A program made the translations under genes and the position numbers. The notes under the pieces were generated by a model. That model was not told where the DNA came from. It saw only the letters and a list, made by a program, of their open reading frames with translations, and made no database searches. From contig CAVPLT010000004.1 of the NCBI GenBank assembly GCA_963706325.1, forward strand, positions 352,001-416,000: a stretch of 64,000 nucleotides of DNA, in the 5' to 3' direction. This document shows positions 60,697 to 64,000 of this stretch, one piece after another. This DNA comes from an uncultured Nitrospiraceae bacterium (lineage in GTDB: Bacteria; Nitrospirota; Nitrospiria; Nitrospirales; Nitrospiraceae). Every line of letters starts with the position of its first letter. Within the stretch, counting starts at the first letter, position 1.

Positions 60697-60879
60697 GTAT
60701 GACGTGAACCGGACGGCTTTGAGGCACTTGGATTCGTCCGGAGCTGTCCGGGCCATGCCCGCTGATTGGGAGAAGCCCATGCACCAACTTCTGCGCAAGC
60801 TCACCGGGGGTAACCGCCGCTCGATCGGGTGATCGAACGAAGACGGTGAAGGCTCACTTCCACCTCTCACTTCTCCACG

Positions 60880-60935
60880 TTGTTTGATGGCGTCTTTCCC
60901 AACCGGAAATTCCCCCGAATACCGGCAACATCATC
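60880..60935 (+). pseudogene. Degenerate fragment of the trmL 5' end
   Basis: Encodes ..QPEIPPNTGNII with codons differing from 59518-59574. Confidence 0.7.
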
Positions 60936-61170
60936 CCATGGTTCACGGAAGCCGCAGCCTGAATCTCTCCAATAGGGTCGCGATGGTCATCTCTGACGCC
61001 TGGTGCCAGGTCGAGTTTGGATCCGCGACACGTGTGCCGTTTTCTTGACGAGTACGCGCGTGAAGAAGGCGGATGCACATCTGCTTGTCTTGCTCTGTTC
61101 AAGAATAGTCTGGTAGGCTCATACCTTCTGCTGCCAAGAGGCTCAATCCCCAGAACGGAGGAAGACTACC

Positions 61171-61605
61171 ATGGGAGAGGTCGATACAGCCCCGGAAGTT
61201 GCCGCCAAGGTCATCGAAGATCTCACGGCGTTGGAGGTGGATCCGGCCAAATGCGAGCGTCTCTATAAGGCCGCGCTGGTGCAGTCCAAATCAGGCACAA
61301 CCTATCGTATGTTGGCCAAGGTGGCCACGACCGGAAAGGTGGATCTTGTCCACTACGGCTGTGATCTGGATGCAGATGGGAAACCGACGACGAAGTGGAA
61401 GATCAGGCGCATCCTTGAACAAGCTCCTGAACGATTCGACAAAGAGCTTGAGGCCATCAAGAAGGGAGTCACGGACGATGGTGAGGTTGTGCAGGGCGCA
61501 TGGGTGCACGATATGACCGGCCTCCCGGACGTGGCGGCACAGGGCACGAGTTTGGACGAGTGGTCTCGGAATACGATCGCGGAGGTTCGGAAGAAACCGA
61601 GCTAG
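61171..61605 (+). CDS. Hypothetical protein
   Basis: RBS GGAGGA; 144-aa ORF. Confidence 0.8.
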   Translation: MGEVDTAPEVAAKVIEDLTALEVDPAKCERLYKAALVQSKSGTTYRMLAKVATTGKVDLVHYGCDLDADGKPTTKWKIRRILEQAPERFDKELEAIKKGVTDDGEVVQGAWVHDMTGLPDVAAQGTSLDEWSRNTIAEVRKKPS

Positions 61606-61640
61606 CCAATGCCGGGCCGCCACGGCTTTGCGAGTGGCAT

Positions 61641-62945
61641 TCAAAAACTCATGGCCGGAGAGCTTGGTGGCACGGGCGACGAGTCGGTTGCGGTCGCTGG
61701 TGAGGCAGTGATGACGACGGTCAATCGGCGGTGTGCGTCCCGTAGCGACCGTTCCACATCCGCGGGGGTATCCCCTCGTGCCACGAGAAATCCCAGATAA
61801 CGTGTCCCTTCCGGAAGGGGAACCAGTTCATCGCCAGGGTCTGCCGTGATCGTCAGTTCCTCGATTCCCGATACCGCCTTCGCGTCCACTTGCCCCCGCA
61901 CTTCATGCAGCCGGCCGCCGTATGGAATGGGGAGCATCATCACTCCCGCCGCCCGCTCTTGCCTGGTGAGGGGAGGGAGCGGCATCCGCAGCGCGTGGCG
62001 GAGGATCAGCTCTTCAAGCGACATCCCAGCTGCGAAGTCCAGCGTCCGGGAGCAGCGTCCCCCGATCGTTCGTGCCGCCATCTCAATGACCCACACCCCG
62101 TTCTGATTTACCCGAAATTCCCCATGTATCGGTCCTTCTCGGAGGTCGAGGGCCTCAGCTGTTCGACCGGCACAGGCGACAATGTTCTGCTGCACGTCCG
62201 AAGCGAGACGAGACGGAGTTACATAGATCGTCTCCTCGAAGTAGGGGCCGTCGAGCGGATCAGGTTTGTCGAACATCGCCAGAGGCTGGAGCACTCCGTT
62301 GGCGAGTAGTCCCTCCAGCGCGACTTCGATCCCCGGCACAAAATCCTCGACAAGAATCCACCGGGCCTGCTCATCGATTGCCGTCAGATCCAAGGTAACG
62401 AGGAGTGCGCCCACCCGACGGAACGCATGCACAAACTCCTCTTCGTCATTCGCGCGAATCACGCCGCAACTGCCGGAGAGGATCAGCGGCTTCACGACGC
62501 AGGGATAGACCACCTGTCGGGCGAACATCGTCGGATCACCATCGAGAGGGAAAACGGCATGGTGCGGGACGGGAATGCCATGTGCCGACAGCAGCTCGCG
62601 CATCCGGCGCTTATTTCCCGCTGCAGTCACAGACGCGATGGAGTTGTGAGGCAATCCGAGCGCCTCTGCCACGGCCGCGGCGATGACGGCGGTGACATCG
62701 TTCACTCCAATCACCGCATCGATCGGGTGACGCCGAGCAAATTCGACCGTGGCTCGTGCAGCTGCCTGCGGATCTCGAATATCCAACGCTAAGACATTGC
62801 CCGATAAGTCAGGCTGGGCGTCCGACACCCGATCCGTTCCAATAGTCACAGCGACATCAGTGCGGCGGGCTGCCTCGATGAACGCCTCTGCGCGGTAGGT
62901 GCGTGCTGGCAGGAGAAGGAGAACTCTCGACATAGTTTGCGACAC
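61641..62945 (-). CDS. ATP-grasp domain protein
   Basis: NK..MR..L...GIP.P, YP.VVKP...SGS.GV, LVE.F..G.E, H.EFR, IE.AAR..G. Confidence 0.9.
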   Translation of the reverse strand: MSQTMSRVLLLLPARTYRAEAFIEAARRTDVAVTIGTDRVSDAQPDLSGNVLALDIRDPQAAARATVEFARRHPIDAVIGVNDVTAVIAAAVAEALGLPHNSIASVTAAGNKRRMRELLSAHGIPVPHHAVFPLDGDPTMFARQVVYPCVVKPLILSGSCGVIRANDEEEFVHAFRRVGALLVTLDLTAIDEQARWILVEDFVPGIEVALEGLLANGVLQPLAMFDKPDPLDGPYFEETIYVTPSRLASDVQQNIVACAGRTAEALDLREGPIHGEFRVNQNGVWVIEMAARTIGGRCSRTLDFAAGMSLEELILRHALRMPLPPLTRQERAAGVMMLPIPYGGRLHEVRGQVDAKAVSGIEELTITADPGDELVPLPEGTRYLGFLVARGDTPADVERSLRDAHRRLTVVITASPATATDSSPVPPSSPAMSF

Positions 62946-62996
62946 CAGTGAATCGTCCGAAAAAAGAGCATATGGCGTATAGAGACGAACGACGCT

Positions 62997-63698
62997 TCAT
63001 GACCGACGCACGGTTGCCGCGCGTGTCTTATGAAACGCTTCTAACTGATTATTGGCCTCGATGATGATGCCTAATTTTTGCACCACGGCGCGCACCTTGT
63101 CGCCGGGTATGGCGTAATAGCCCTCATCATCTCCGAGTCCGGTATAGACGCGGTTGCCGATACAACCAAAACTGGTGGCCGTTTGTCCCGATTGCAATGA
63201 TTCCGGCAGCACGGCGCAGGTCGGCCGTCCCATCGTCGCGCCACCGCCGGCCACGCCCGCAGACTGTGCGGCCTCCGCCAGCAGCATCAGCTGCTTGACG
63301 GTTCCGCGGACCAATACCACGTCGGGCGCGAAGGTGGCTTTCGTGAGCGGCGCATAGATGGCCACATGAAACGTCTTCTGTCGACGCGGGATCATCGGAA
63401 TATCTGCCATCGTGAGATACTGCATGCCCACCATGGTCTGTACCAGACCGTTGAGCTCCGTTGCGACCTGCGGAGGCAGTTCCACACCATGGGTATGGGC
63501 TCCGACCGGACAGGTATAGTGATCCGAGGCTTCCGTGTAGAAAACCTGTCCCTCAGCCGCCAACTTCCAATAACCGCACCCTGCCGGCGCCGGCGTGGCG
63601 ACGTGCGGAATGCCGACCGGAGCGGCATCCCGAAACGCGATCGCGACGGCCGGTAGTTGTAAACCCAAGAGTTCTTGTATCTGCGTGCCTTGTGTCAT
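62997..63698 (-). CDS. DUF169-family protein
   Basis: L....VA, C......A..G, CPVG, PD.V, P.C, SFGC.G.R. Confidence 0.82.
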   Translation of the reverse strand: MTQGTQIQELLGLQLPAVAIAFRDAAPVGIPHVATPAPAGCGYWKLAAEGQVFYTEASDHYTCPVGAHTHGVELPPQVATELNGLVQTMVGMQYLTMADIPMIPRRQKTFHVAIYAPLTKATFAPDVVLVRGTVKQLMLLAEAAQSAGVAGGGATMGRPTCAVLPESLQSGQTATSFGCIGNRVYTGLGDDEGYYAIPGDKVRAVVQKLGIIIEANNQLEAFHKTRAATVRRS

Positions 63699-64000
63699 CA
63701 GCTCAACTTCCACCTGTCGTTCCCCCTCTCCACTGTATGTGACTCCATCCGAACGTTGGTTTAGTTTGATGTGCGCAGAGGTCGCTCAAGAGGGCCTGCA
63801 TGAATCGACGTCGAAGGAACTTGCATGCACTCTCCCGCACCGGTCTCCTGAGCACCTCTCGCGCCTCCGTGGAGTGGGAGCAGGGTCGCTGCCTCCTCTG
63901 CCCGGCATCCTGTTAGATCTCCCCATGCCCTTTCGTCACCAGCGGTCTGAACTGTCGGGTCGTCGGCTCGGCACAACAGAACCAGGATTCGGTCAAGCGA

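Noticed and set aside
1..64000. tRNA, rRNA, CRISPR arrays, intact IS transposases
   Set aside because: None recognised by eye; tRNAscan-SE, Infernal and ISEScan would be needed to exclude them formally.

Overview
Bacterial chromosome segment, most likely from a Nitrospira-like organism. This is inferred from gene content and order (radA-tsaB-rimI-DUF465-tatC-cyclophilin) and a characteristic ~123-bp palindromic element. Most of 9-64 kb is housekeeping or stress-related: glgX, glucosyl-3-phosphoglycerate synthase-like GT, TPP decarboxylase, rlmI, OPT transporter, radA, tsaB, rimI, tatC, an RND/TolC efflux operon, a PAS hybrid kinase, PPi-PFK, galE, ychF, trmL, bacterioferritin. The first ~8 kb is accessory. 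Four consecutive co-oriented genes encode unrelated effector-like enzymes: gluzincin+OmpA, C39/papain-like peptidase, M35-like metallopeptidase, and a lytic-transglycosylase-like protein. All four lack classical signal peptides and all begin with the same short N-terminal motif MY(V/A)-x(2-5)-(G/A)LG; similar motifs recur at internal domain junctions. A decayed copy of one cassette 5' end lies 2 kb upstream of the original. This is the best candidate for an undescribed cargo-targeting or processing system. Also notable: an orphan contractile-injection-type tail sheath gene, a sigma-region-4/ZAS fusion with an apparently split anti-sigma partner, a J-domain-ERCC4 nuclease fusion, and a plant-like Tat-exported polyphenol oxidase with a stand-alone shield-domain partner. 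No rRNA, tRNA, CRISPR array or intact transposase was recognised. All family assignments are by-eye motif recognition, not database hits.
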